NCBI GenBank assembly: GCA_963843795.1
Contig: CAWJLW010000006.1
Location: forward strand, 2,554,375-2,618,374
DNA length: 64,000 bases
From: an uncultured bacterium
Lineage (GTDB): Bacteria > Armatimonadota > Abditibacteriia > Abditibacteriales > Abditibacteriaceae
Direction: 5' to 3'
Both the position numbers and the translations under genes were made by a program. Below are positions 28,561 to 38,701 of this stretch, one piece after another. Within the stretch, counting starts at the first letter, position 1. Each line of letters opens with the position of its first letter. Under the pieces are notes generated by a model. That model did no database searches, was not told the DNA's origin, and worked only from the letters and a program-made list of their open reading frames with translations.

Positions 28561-28612
28561 ACAAAAAGCGCGCTGCAAGTACTTGCACAAGTACTTACAG
28601 CGCGCTTTTTGT
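28561..28612. terminator. hairpin with tandemly duplicated core
   Basis: ACAAAAAGCGCGCTG CAAGTACTTGCA CAAGTACTTA CAGCGCGCTTTTTGT. Confidence 0.65.
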
Positions 28613-28656
28613 TGCGATGGCCCAATTTCAAAGCATTAGATGTTAAAGTCATTAAG

Positions 28657-29785
28657 ATGACCAAACATCTAGCAACTGCGAAATCTGGCTCTGCTTTCCA
28701 TTCCACTCATTTTGGGAGCGTGGCTTCTGCACATCAAATCGGTGCGCGACCGCGCCAATATCCCATTGCAGAATATCGTGACGCGCAAAACACGGCACTG
28801 CGAAAATCCGATGGTATCTTTGGCATTTTCACCAGACGACCGCGATTGGCGATCATTGTTGACCTGATAATTTCACGCAAATCTGGAATATGGGCTCAAC
28901 AAAATTTATCAAAAACCCTCAATTTCGCTACTATAGCCGTTCGCTTGTCTGGCGAAAAGATAATCATTTGGTAGGCGGTGCTGATAATTCTTTCAAACTT
29001 TTGATGTGGATACAAGAAAAGTTGAATTTAAATTCCCAGACCACTGCACAGAACCTTTTCTCGGCAAAATGGCTTAATTACTATTTGACTACAATTTCGC
29101 CCAGCGGAAAATTGGTAGCCACCGGTCAATTATCGGCAGCGATTTCGGTTTGGAAAGTGCAAAACGGAAAGCAGATTTGTGCCTTCAAAGCGAGCGATCG
29201 CGTAACATGTGGACTGGCTATATCCGCAGATGACAAAACGTTGGCAGTTTCCAGTCTGTTTTTCAAAACCGATCCTCGCGTGCCCGATAAAATCATGCCG
29301 AGCGTCTAGGGATAAAAGTTACTTTGTACGGATACGCAAACGGGGGCGGTGCAAAAAGTCATTAGTTGGAAGAACGCGGAACTGGTCGCCTACCTTGAGT
29401 TATGATGCTAATATGGGCGAAGCACAGATTGCGTTTTCGCCTAATGGCAGACTTATCGCAGGCGCTTCCGTGAATGGATTGACAGTATGGAGCGCAAAAT
29501 TTGGTGCAACAACTTTACACTGTGAAAGAACGTGGAAAACCCGGGGCCCTTGGACAGAAGTGGATCACTTTTTCGCCTGATGGATCGCTGATAGCAGCAG
29601 TAGGTTGGAGCGAACGAATCTACGTTTGGAACGCAAACACGGGAGAAGTTCTGCAGGAATTTAAAGGTGCTGATGTAACTACAGCGCTAACATTTTCGCC
29701 CGATGGCAAATTACTGGCAACCGGCGGACAAGACACCAGAGGAAGCGCAGTCGTCAAAATCTGGGATGTATCGAATATGAACTGA
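28657..29785 (+). pseudogene. WD40-repeat protein, fragmented
   Basis: WD40 motifs (LAFSPD, ISPSGK, IAFSPNG, FSPDGKLLATGG..VKIWD) are spread over several frames with stops. Confidence 0.75.
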
Positions 29786-29828
29786 AAAGCTCTCTACAAG
29801 TACTTGCAGAGAGTTTTTGTCTTTATTG

Positions 29829-30797
29829 TCACTGCATTTGCGCCCAATCGCGCGCGTGGTAGGTGATGATTAAATCGGCTCCGGCGCGTTTGATCGAAGT
29901 CAGCGTTTCATCAATCAGACGCGGCGCATCAATCCAACCGCGCTCGGAGGCAGCGTGAATCATTGAATATTCGCTGCTCACGTTATACGCGCACAAGGGA
30001 AGATTGAAATTTTCGCGCGCTTCGCGCAACAAATCCAAACAAAACAGCGCGGGTTTCACCATCAAAATATCCGCGCCTTCTTCCACATCTAAGACCATTT
30101 CGCGCATGGCTTCGCGTCGATTGGCAATATCCATTTGATAGCCGCGCCGGTCACCCGAACTCGGAGCCGAATCTGCCGCATCGCGGAACGGGCCATAAAA
30201 CGCGCCCGCAAATTTGGCGGCGTAACTCATTATGGGCGTGTGCAAGTACTTGCTGTCGTCCAGCGCGCTGCGAATCGCGCCGACGCGCCCGTCCATCATA
30301 TCCGAAGGCGCGATGATATCCGCGCCCGCTTTGGCGTAACACACCGAAGATTTTTGCAAGAGGGGCAAGGTGGCGTCATTATCGACAGTGCCGTTTTCTA
30401 GCACGCCGCAATGACCGTGCGATGTGTATTCGCAAGCGCAGACATCGGCGACGACCATCATTTCGGGCAGCTCGGCTTTGATCGCACGAATCGCCTGCGG
30501 AACCGGCCCGCTGTCGTCGTAGGCCATCGAACCAATCGCGTCTTTTTCGCTTTCGTCCACGACGCCAAACAAAATCACGCTCGGCACGCCCAAATTCCAT
30601 AACTCACGCGCCGCGTTGACAGTTTCTTCGATGGACAAACGAAACTGATTCGGCATCGAAGCAATCGGGTGTTTGCCGGGCGCATTTTGGACGAAAAGAG
30701 GAGCGATGAGGTCGGAGGGTGTGACAATGGTTTCGCGCACCATGCGGCGCAAAGTCGGATGAGCGCGCAGTCGGCGCGGACGTTGAATGGGAAACAT
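29829..30797 (-). CDS. hemB: porphobilinogen synthase
   Basis: RPRRLR, DVCACEYTSHGHCG, APSDMMDGR, FYGPFR, MVKPA. Confidence 0.97.
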   Translation of the reverse strand: MFPIQRPRRLRAHPTLRRMVRETIVTPSDLIAPLFVQNAPGKHPIASMPNQFRLSIEETVNAARELWNLGVPSVILFGVVDESEKDAIGSMAYDDSGPVPQAIRAIKAELPEMMVVADVCACEYTSHGHCGVLENGTVDNDATLPLLQKSSVCYAKAGADIIAPSDMMDGRVGAIRSALDDSKYLHTPIMSYAAKFAGAFYGPFRDAADSAPSSGDRRGYQMDIANRREAMREMVLDVEEGADILMVKPALFCLDLLREARENFNLPLCAYNVSSEYSMIHAASERGWIDAPRLIDETLTSIKRAGADLIITYHARDWAQMQ

Positions 30798-31183
30798 AAC
30801 AAGCAGTGTAGAATAACCGTGCAAGTACTTGCGGCGTCTGAAGTGAGATTTTCCAGCAATTAGAACAACCAAAGCGAACATAAATTATGGCGCATTACAA
30901 ATCTTATTGCTTTTATTGTCAAGTCTAAAATTGTCATTGAAATTTTTATGAGCTTGTTTTAAGATTGATCGCTGTTTCTGTATCTGAACTCTACGCTAGA
31001 TAGACAAGAACACAAAATACAAGATTATCTTTACAAATTATTTGATAGAAAATTCGCCTAAAATTTTGGAACCTGGCATGCGATTTGTAATCTAAATCAA
31101 AAAGACAGGTTACTCACTACCTGTTAATTCATTTCCCGGAGAAGACGCGAGTTTTCTTCATTTCGAAAAAGGAGGAGTTTCTT

Positions 31184-31873
31184 ATGGCAAGACAGAACAA
31201 AAGCGTAGCGCAAGAGGAGCGGGACGAAAAACCGCAAGAGGCTCAAACTCAAATCGAGCCCAGGGAACGGAACTCACAGGCGCAAAACGGTCATGCGAAG
31301 TTGGGGCAGAATGGTAGCGCTCAGATGGCGGCGGGCGCGGGCCGACCAAGTTTGAAACGGCGTGACACTGATAGTGAGATGGCGCGGACGCAGCAGTCGC
31401 TCTTACGGATGCGGCAAGCAATGGACGAGGTGGACCGCATGGGCGCATTATTTGGAATGCCTTCGCTGCGACGCATGGGCGTTCCAGCACTTTTTGATTT
31501 AGCGCCCCGTTCGTTGGGCGAAATGCAGCAAGAGCAGCAGGCGGCTTGGTCTCCGCAAGTCGAACTCTTCGAACGCGAGGGTCAGCTTGTGGTGCGTGCT
31601 GATTTACCAGGTCTAAAAAAAGACGATGTGCACATTGAAGTGGAAGACAATGTGCTGTCGTTGCGCGGCGAACGGCGCTCGGAACACGAAGAGCGTCAGC
31701 AAGGTTTTTATCGTAGCGAGCGTTCGTATGGCAGTTTTCAGCGCAGTTTCCGTTTACCCGAAGGTATTCGACCCGATCAGGTGAAAGCCAACTTTGAAAA
31801 CGGAGTGCTGGAGATCACTCTGCCTACACCACAGCCACCACAACCCAAATCGCACCGCGTAGAAATTTCTTAG
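31184..31873 (+). CDS. Hsp20/alpha-crystallin small heat-shock protein
   Basis: AGGAGG SD; DLPGLKKDDV, ERSYGSFQRSFRLP, ANFENGVLEITLP. Confidence 0.95.
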   Translation: MARQNKSVAQEERDEKPQEAQTQIEPRERNSQAQNGHAKLGQNGSAQMAAGAGRPSLKRRDTDSEMARTQQSLLRMRQAMDEVDRMGALFGMPSLRRMGVPALFDLAPRSLGEMQQEQQAAWSPQVELFEREGQLVVRADLPGLKKDDVHIEVEDNVLSLRGERRSEHEERQQGFYRSERSYGSFQRSFRLPEGIRPDQVKANFENGVLEITLPTPQPPQPKSHRVEIS

Positions 31874-31902
31874 AATGAAATTTTCTGAAACGCGTTCTGG
31901 CA

Positions 31903-31952
31903 AATCAAAAGGCGTGGGAAATACTTACCAGTACTTCCCACGCCTTTTGATT
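31903..31952. terminator. terminator hairpin with degenerate core(s) in the loop
   Basis: AATCAAAAGGCGTGGGAA-ATACTTACCAGTAC-TTCCCACGCCTTTTGATT between convergent genes. Confidence 0.7.
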
Positions 31953-32059
31953 CAGTTGAATTCTCTCGCATCGCACCACGCGATTGGAAACGCAAGGGCG
32001 TGATCTTTTTCTTTATCATGTGAAGCGCCGGCAAAAATGCGCACGCGAAATGGACATCA

Positions 32060-32566
32060 TCAAAACTTTGAAGTTAAAAGTTTCTCTTTATCCAATAGCG
32101 CGCGTTTGCGTTTGATGCCCCAGCGATAACCGGACAAAGCTCCATCGCTGCGCACCACGCGATGACACGGAATGACGACCGCTAACTTGTTCGCGGCGCA
32201 CGCACTGGCCACGGCGCGCACCGCTTTAGGAGCACCGATGCGATGCGCGATTTGCGTGTAAGTCGCGGTTTCACCACACGGAATGCCTCTAAGTTCCTGC
32301 CACACGCGCTGTTGAAAAGTGGTGCCGCGAATATCGAGCGGCACGTCGAATTTGCTGTTGGGCTTTTCTATCCATGCAAGAAGGCGTGCGAAGTCGGCGT
32401 CAGGATCGATTTGTGTGGCATTGGGAAACAGTGCGTGAAGTTGCGATAGCAAAGTTTCGGCAGCTTCATCCATTGAAATGGCGCAAATACCAGCAGCACT
32501 TTTGGCAATTAGGACAGTGCCCAGCGACGATTCGCCCAGCGCGAAAAAGATTTTTTCGTTCATCAT
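32060..32566 (-). CDS. methylated-DNA--protein-cysteine methyltransferase (Ogt/Ada C-domain)
   Basis: GTTFQQRVW, AVRAVA.AC, IPCHRVV, GYRWG. Confidence 0.92.
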   Translation of the reverse strand: MMNEKIFFALGESSLGTVLIAKSAAGICAISMDEAAETLLSQLHALFPNATQIDPDADFARLLAWIEKPNSKFDVPLDIRGTTFQQRVWQELRGIPCGETATYTQIAHRIGAPKAVRAVASACAANKLAVVIPCHRVVRSDGALSGYRWGIKRKRALLDKEKLLTSKF

Positions 32567-32628
32567 TTCATTCGTTCGGAGTTTCAATGAAAATTCAAAA
32601 CGCGCTGCAAGTACTTGCAGCGCGTTTT

Positions 32629-34134
32629 TTAAGATTCGTTTTCGATTAAAATTTGCACGAGAGCTTCGATGCTGGCATCAACCGCCACTGCATCTGGCGA
32701 GATGCCGTTTTCTTCTGCTGTGCGCGCCGTAATCGGGCCGATGCACGCGACGCGAAAATTATCGCGCTGCGCTTTCACCCAATCTTCGCCTAAGGCATCG
32801 AGAAAATTGCGAACCGTCGAAGATGACGTGAACGAAATCCAAATTTTTTCGCCCGTTGCGGTAATCGCATCGCGCGCGATTGGTGCATTGCTGTTGTCGG
32901 GCACGGTGCGGTAACAGGGCGCGATTGTGACTTGAGCACCCGCTTTTTCCAATTCCTGCCCCAGAACTTCGCGGCCTTCCAAAGCGCGCGCGATGAGAAT
33001 CTGTTGATTTTCGACGCCGATTTCGATCAAGCCTTGGGCGACATTTTCGCTAATTGAACTTTCAGGAACGAAATCAGCTTCCAATCCGCGTGCGCGCAAA
33101 GCATCGCGCGTGGCCGGGCCGATGGCAGCGATTTTCGCCCCACCAAACGCGCGCGCATCGAAACGGGAACGTTGCAAGCGCTGCCAGAAATATTCAACGC
33201 CGTTTACTGAGGTGAATACGATCCAGTTAAATTTCGCTAAGTTTTCTATCGCTTTTTCGACAATCGCGTTATCGTCGAGCGCTTCGACACGAATCGTCGG
33301 ACATTGCACGACGCGCGCGCCATTTTCGCGCAGCGCGCTGACCAATTCCGAAGCCTGTTCGCGCGCCCGCGTCACAATAACAGTGCGACCGCTGAGCGGT
33401 CGATTATCGAACCAGCCCAATTCATCGCGTAGCTTCACTACTTCGCCAACCACAATTAAAGCTGGCGGCTTCAAGCCCGAACGCGCGACTTCATCGACAA
33501 TAGTTCCCAGCGTGCCAACAACGACTTGCTGTTGCTCAGTCGTGCCCCAACGCACCAAAGCGACTGGCTTTTCGGGCGCTTCGCCGCGTTCCAATAGTTG
33601 CGCGACGATTTTGGGCAAGGCGCGCACACCCATTAGAAAAACCAGTGTGTCGGCGACCGGAAGCGCGGGCGGCGGCGCGTCATCGTCTTGCGTATGGCCG
33701 GTCACAACGGCGAAGCTCGTTGCCACGCCGCGATGCGTGACAGGAATGCCAGCATAGGCAGGCGCGGCGATGCTGCTGGAAATGCCGGGCACAATTTCAA
33801 AGGGCACATTGTGCGCGAGGCATTCCAACGCTTCTTCGCCACCGCGCCCAAACACGAACGGATCGCCGCCTTTCAAGCGACAAACACTTTGGCCTTTCAA
33901 GGCACGTTCGACTAAAAGCGCGTTGATATTGTCCTGCGTCATCGCGTGCTGAGCGGCAGCTTTGCCGACATAAATTTTCTCGGCCTCAACGGGCGCTAAA
34001 TCTAGCAATTCCATGCCGATCAAACGGTCGTAAACCACGACATCGCACGCGGCAAGTACTTGCGCGCCGCGCCGCGTCAAAAGTCCTGGATCGCCCGGTC
34101 CTGCTCCCACCAAAAACACTTTTCCAATCGCCAT
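32629..34134 (-). CDS. cobA: uroporphyrinogen-III C-methyltransferase / uroporphyrinogen-III synthase fusion
   Basis: LVGAGPGDPGLLT, RLKGGDPFVFGRGGEE; C-terminal HemD (VTRAREQ, FTSVNGV, FTSSSTV). Confidence 0.95.
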   Translation of the reverse strand: MAIGKVFLVGAGPGDPGLLTRRGAQVLAACDVVVYDRLIGMELLDLAPVEAEKIYVGKAAAQHAMTQDNINALLVERALKGQSVCRLKGGDPFVFGRGGEEALECLAHNVPFEIVPGISSSIAAPAYAGIPVTHRGVATSFAVVTGHTQDDDAPPPALPVADTLVFLMGVRALPKIVAQLLERGEAPEKPVALVRWGTTEQQQVVVGTLGTIVDEVARSGLKPPALIVVGEVVKLRDELGWFDNRPLSGRTVIVTRAREQASELVSALRENGARVVQCPTIRVEALDDNAIVEKAIENLAKFNWIVFTSVNGVEYFWQRLQRSRFDARAFGGAKIAAIGPATRDALRARGLEADFVPESSISENVAQGLIEIGVENQQILIARALEGREVLGQELEKAGAQVTIAPCYRTVPDNSNAPIARDAITATGEKIWISFTSSSTVRNFLDALGEDWVKAQRDNFRVACIGPITARTAEENGISPDAVAVDASIEALVQILIENES

Positions 34135-34384
34135 AACTCAATCAATTTTTCTGTTGTAATTTTTCTAATTTCAAAATCTCGCGACGCACAATAAACAAAT
34201 GTGGACTACAAAACATCGGTTTAATTTGTTTAAGAGCAGGCATCGATGTTCTTTAAGTGAGTTGTAACAGTTTAACGTTTGCACAACGACCGGACGCAGC
34301 CTACCTTCGGCAACGAGTACAAGTAGCGTGCTCCCGATGGAACTAATGCATTAATAGAAAATGTGGCCGTAAAATTGATAGACA

Positions 34385-34416
34385 GAAAAGCCCCGCAAGT
34401 ACTTGCGGGGCTTTTC
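34385..34416. terminator. 32-bp perfect palindrome with core, terminator-like
   Basis: GAAAAGCCCC-core-GGGGCTTTTC downstream of the 34450 gene. Confidence 0.7.
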
Positions 34417-34449
34417 AATTTTTCTACAGCGCTGAAAGTGCTTGCAAAA

Positions 34450-35649
34450 TTACGGCATCCAGCCCATGAGCGGCGTTTTCTGATAGCGTGTGGCGACTTG
34501 CTGCATCAGTTTGTCGTATTTGTCCAGTTCCGGGCCAAGAGGAACGCGCTTGTAATTGCGCGGCACGCCGAAAGCGCTTTCGGGCAAGGGCGAAGTCGAG
34601 CGTGAAATCAGTTCCATATCGGCGCGGAGTTCACCCTGACTACGCAAGACAGGCGGCGGCACAACGGTGAGATACATCCGCAGCGGCGTGCCCGCGAAAC
34701 CGGCGTTGGGCTGCCCCATGCGCGGCATCAGGGTTTCGACCGATTGATGAATTTGCTGCGGCAGCATTTGATACCAGACCGGATAGAACTCGTTGAGCCA
34801 CATCGACTGCGTCGGCCCGCCCATTTCGCGCATAAATTCTTGCGAGCGCTTCATCAAATCGCGAATCAGTTCATCGCCTTCGGCGCTGTCGCCAATCCAC
34901 CATTCGGTTTTTACGCGCGCCCAAGCAGGATTTTGTTTATCGCCGGTGTTAATTAGCCACGCCATGCGATAACCGCGCGCATCCATGCCATTGAAAGTGC
35001 GACGCTCGCCTAAGGCGTGAAAATAGGCTTTGAAATTGTCTTTGATGAACGGAGTGTAAGCCGCGCGCACTTCGGCACCTAAACGAGCGCGCTGATGCGT
35101 GGTTAAAGGCTCGATAGGTTCTTCGGATAGGCGAGGCGCTAACTTTTTCCATGGGTCAAAGCGCACGCGCTTATAAGTCGAGGTCAATGGCTCTTTCACA
35201 TAAGAACGATTGGGGGAAGTATAAAGAGTGAAAGAATCATCAGCGAAATTGGTGATCGCGCCAACTTCAATCACCGCGCCAGGCGCTTCGGTTTGAGCCG
35301 ATGGAGCTTTGAGCATGGGACGCGCGATAGGCGCCCACGTCATATTGATGTCGCTTTTACCATCCGGCAATTGCAGCGGCGGCATCTGCATTCCTGCCAA
35401 ATCGCTCGATTTGATGCGCACTACTGTGCGCTGGCGGCCTTCGCTCCATTGATTGAGGAGAGTGAATTTCGCCTGCGGTTTTGTCCACGGCTTCAAATTC
35501 TGTCCAACGCGCACGCTGATCGAATGGTGCCACGCCACATCCGCGCGCGCTGCTTTCACCGACACATTCGTGCCAGAAATCGCCAGTAATAATGCGCAAG
35601 TACTTGCCGAAGACAGCGCGCCGGCACATCGCGTAGGAGAAATGTTCAT
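34450..35649 (-). CDS. secreted hypothetical protein
   Basis: Long ORF with a signal-peptide-like N-terminus (..AARA); TATAAT 6 nt upstream of ATG. Confidence 0.7.
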   Translation of the reverse strand: MNISPTRCAGALSSASTCALLLAISGTNVSVKAARADVAWHHSISVRVGQNLKPWTKPQAKFTLLNQWSEGRQRTVVRIKSSDLAGMQMPPLQLPDGKSDINMTWAPIARPMLKAPSAQTEAPGAVIEVGAITNFADDSFTLYTSPNRSYVKEPLTSTYKRVRFDPWKKLAPRLSEEPIEPLTTHQRARLGAEVRAAYTPFIKDNFKAYFHALGERRTFNGMDARGYRMAWLINTGDKQNPAWARVKTEWWIGDSAEGDELIRDLMKRSQEFMREMGGPTQSMWLNEFYPVWYQMLPQQIHQSVETLMPRMGQPNAGFAGTPLRMYLTVVPPPVLRSQGELRADMELISRSTSPLPESAFGVPRNYKRVPLGPELDKYDKLMQQVATRYQKTPLMGWMP

Positions 35650-35746
35650 ATCGGAATTATACCGCAAAAAATAACGCTTCCCGCGCATTTGCATGCATGG
35701 AAAGCGTTATTTTTGTTGTCGCAGAATGTTAATTTCGCGCTAATTT

Positions 35747-36979
35747 TCAGCGTTCCAAAATCCAGGCGCGCACTTTCTTGCGGCCTTTGGTATTGGCCAA
35801 ATAATACGAATCGTAGGCCAAATCAATGCGTTTGCCTTTGATAGCGCCGCCGGTATCGCACGCCAAAGCGTAGCCGTAACCTTCGACATACAATTTGGTG
35901 CCCAGAGGGATCACGCGCGGATCGACCGCAGCGGCTCCATAACCAATCGGCAAACCGGTCGCTGTGGTGGTATAACCGCCATTTTCGCGCGGATCGGGGC
36001 TATAGCCAGTGGCAACTAAATCGATGTATCGATTGGCTTTATACGATTGCAACTGCGGCGTTTTGAAACGGTCGCGGGGCGAACCGCCGCGAGCGCTTAA
36101 CGACATCGAACGCGCATAGCGATTGTGGTAGGGAATTTTGCTGGGCACATAAGACGATTTGGTTCCCAGCGCGATAACTTCGGGTTGCGCTGCGCTGATA
36201 CCACGACGTGATACGCGCTGGCGTTGGGTTTCTTTGCCATCCAAAGTCCACACGCGCTCGGTAATTTCGACTTTGCCCTTGACGCCTTTTTGCACTGTCT
36301 GCTTCTGACCCGGCTTCAGATTGTTGTTGGGCTGATAGCGCGTCTCGAAGTCAAGATACTTGGTGCTTTTTTCCAATTCCGCCGTGACGCGTTGCACGCG
36401 TACCGTCATGTTGTCTTTAGCAACATCTTTCACAGCCGGATTGATGCGGTCGAGCGGATTGAGCGTAATTTGCATCAATTCCAACACTTCGCCAACCTTG
36501 GCACCGTTTGAGGGAACTTTGATTTCCTGCGTGGTAGAAACGCCGCCCACAACCGAAGTCACATGCCATGTTTGATCCGCATTCTGCGGTAAATCGGCTA
36601 TGGCGTCCTGCATGTTGGATTGAACAGTGGAAGCGGCCTCTTTCAAACCATCTACGGCAGCGGCCAGAGGCGTGGTTTCCTGATTATCGACTGGAGCCGG
36701 AGTGACTGGGGAAGTATCGGCTTGAGTCGTAGATTGGTTCGGGGAAGATTGCGTCGTCGCCTGCGAATCTGCAATAGCAGATTCGGCAATAGCGGAATTG
36801 GGCGTCCATAAATTGACGCCATAGGGCAAAATAACGCCCGCGATAATCGCGCCCATAATGGGCAAACTGGATTTGCGCGAACGTGGCGCACCTTTGGCCA
36901 AAAATTCTCGTACCCAATGCGAAGATTCGCTGTTGGATGACTGATTTTGACGCGGTGCACGCGGTGCTGGTGTAAGCAC
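35747..36979 (-). CDS. G5 + 3D domain cell-wall protein (YabE/RpfB-like)
   Basis: GGAGGTG SD with GTG start; G5 (VQKGVKG...VIALGTK); 3D (AVDPRVIPLGTKLYVEGYG..ACDTGGAIKG.RIDL). Confidence 0.92.
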   Translation of the reverse strand: MLTPAPRAPRQNQSSNSESSHWVREFLAKGAPRSRKSSLPIMGAIIAGVILPYGVNLWTPNSAIAESAIADSQATTQSSPNQSTTQADTSPVTPAPVDNQETTPLAAAVDGLKEAASTVQSNMQDAIADLPQNADQTWHVTSVVGGVSTTQEIKVPSNGAKVGEVLELMQITLNPLDRINPAVKDVAKDNMTVRVQRVTAELEKSTKYLDFETRYQPNNNLKPGQKQTVQKGVKGKVEITERVWTLDGKETQRQRVSRRGISAAQPEVIALGTKSSYVPSKIPYHNRYARSMSLSARGGSPRDRFKTPQLQSYKANRYIDLVATGYSPDPRENGGYTTTATGLPIGYGAAAVDPRVIPLGTKLYVEGYGYALACDTGGAIKGKRIDLAYDSYYLANTKGRKKVRAWILER

Positions 36980-37482
36980 CCGGCATCACCTCCATAAACT
37001 TCACGGGCGAACCATTTTCCGCTTGGAACTTCTATCAGAAAACGATTGATGTGTGATGAAAACTTCGTTGTTACACACGAAAGGCATCGAACGATTCAGC
37101 GTGAACGCCTGCGTTCGAGTTTGGTGTGTGCCCGCCGCAATATCGGTTCAACGTTCCGGCCCAACATTCAACTGGCCTGAAACCCCAAACTTTATCGCGT
37201 CCATTGTTATCGGATAAACAAATTTGATAACAATGCTTGTCGTTAGCAACTTCTAAAACTGCCAGACAAGAAAAAAGACGATTTGAAAAATCGTCCTGTG
37301 AAAATTTACACAATCCCTGCAAAAGCGTCAACTAAAAGCCGCATTTTGCTGGTTTTAATCGTTAACAACAGTAACAACTTAAAGCACGGCACCTGTAAAA
37401 GCCCCATTCTTATGCAAACAAATTACTGGCTGCAAGTACTTGCAGCCAGCGTTTTGAGAAGAACTTTTAAGGTCAGGAGAAA

Positions 37483-37555
37483 TGCGCCCGGCAGGATTCG
37501 AACCTGCGACCTAAAGATTAGAAGTCTTTTGCTCTATCCACTGAGCTACAAGCGC
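37483..37555 (-). tRNA. tRNA-Arg(TCT)
   Basis: GCGCTTGTAGCTCAGTGGATAGAGC-AAAGA CT TCT AA TCTTT-GGTTCGAATCC; CCA not encoded. Confidence 0.95.
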
Positions 37556-37796
37556 GCGTGTGGCTTTTCATTTTAAGAAGGTTGCACTTGTCGCGCAACC
37601 AATTGGCGGTTTATCGCATTTACTTTTATTAGCCAAAGCACGCTCCAGTCAATGCGTTGTTAATAATCAGGTTCTACAATCTTTTCTGGGAGAAGCGAAT
37701 ATGTGACGACCACGAAAAGCAGCAATAACTCATTGCTTCGAACACCTTCTGTCGCAGCACGTAATTTAGTGGCAGAACAAAAACAGGTAAATCAAT

Positions 37797-38423
37797 ATGA
37801 CAACAACCATTCAGCATTCCGCGCCATCCAACGGCTCGTCCAACGCGACATCGACCGTGACGACTCAAGCGCCTTATCGCATTTTATTAATCGAAGACGA
37901 TCCGCACATCGCGCGCATGATTGGCGTCAATATCGCCAAAGCGCGCATGGGCTTTCGTCACACCTCCAGCGCCACCAGTGGCCTCAGTGCACTCCAGGAT
38001 TTTGATCCGCATCTGGTTTTGCTCGATGTGATGTTACCCGATGGTAATGGCTACGACGTGTGCGCCAAAATCCGCGAAACCAGTAATGTGCCGGTAATTA
38101 TGGTGACGGCGCGCACGCAGGCCGAAGACCATTTGCGGGGCTTGAAATGCGGGGCCGACGATTACATTACAAAACCGTTCGACCCACGCGTTTTGATGGC
38201 CCACATCGGCAGTCATCTGCGCCGCGCTCATCGTTACAGCATTACGCAGCAAGACTTGGACAAAGCCAGCCAACAAGCCAGCCAGAACTGGAATCAATGC
38301 AGTCAATGCAATTACATGGGGCCAGCGGAAAAGTTCGAGCAAATCGATGATCGTTTTCAGATGAAATTGCAATGCCCGCACTGCGAAGCGCCCGAATGGA
38401 GCGTCAAAACTAACGTTAAATAA
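37797..38423 (+). CDS. response regulator: REC domain plus C-terminal Cys4 zinc ribbon
   Basis: ILLIEDD, LLDVMLP, TAR, ITKPFD; C-terminal CSQC...CPHC. Confidence 0.88.
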   Translation: MTTTIQHSAPSNGSSNATSTVTTQAPYRILLIEDDPHIARMIGVNIAKARMGFRHTSSATSGLSALQDFDPHLVLLDVMLPDGNGYDVCAKIRETSNVPVIMVTARTQAEDHLRGLKCGADDYITKPFDPRVLMAHIGSHLRRAHRYSITQQDLDKASQQASQNWNQCSQCNYMGPAEKFEQIDDRFQMKLQCPHCEAPEWSVKTNVK

Positions 38424-38438
38424 AACGTACCACCAACT

Positions 38439-38494
38439 TATACAAAGCAAAAAGCGTCCTGCAAGTAATTGCAGGACGCTTTTTGCTTTGTATA
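38439..38494. terminator. 56-bp hairpin with a one-mismatch core between the regulator and tRNA-Gly
   Basis: TATACAAAGCAAAAAGCGTCCT-GCAAGTAATTGC-AGGACGCTTTTTGCTTTGTATA. Confidence 0.75.
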
Positions 38495-38501
38495 TTTTCA
38501 C

Positions 38502-38572
38502 AGCGGGGAGCGGGAATCGAACCCGCGCCATCAGTTTGGAAAACTGGGGTTCTACCATTAAACTACCCCCGC
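38502..38572 (-). tRNA. tRNA-Gly(TCC)
   Basis: GCGGGGGTAGTTTAATGGTAGAAC..CAGT TT TCC AA ACTG..GGTTCGATTCC. Confidence 0.95.
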
Positions 38573-38701
38573 CAAAGCACAAAATATTGTAACGCAGACA
38601 CTACAACAGCGCAAGTCAATTCTCCAAAATACAGCGGCCCGCGCCATTTATTGAAAAATGATGCGGGCCGCGTTTATCTTTGCAAGTACTTGCAGCGCAT
38701 C

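Noticed and set aside
34140..34380. ncRNA or riboswitch upstream of cobA
   Set aside because: No cobalamin-riboswitch or other consensus recognised, and no convincing ORF.
37080..37190. 6S RNA
   Set aside because: Some motif resemblance (TTGAACC, CGGGCAC.CACC), but I could not build the approximately 180-nt rod with a central bubble.
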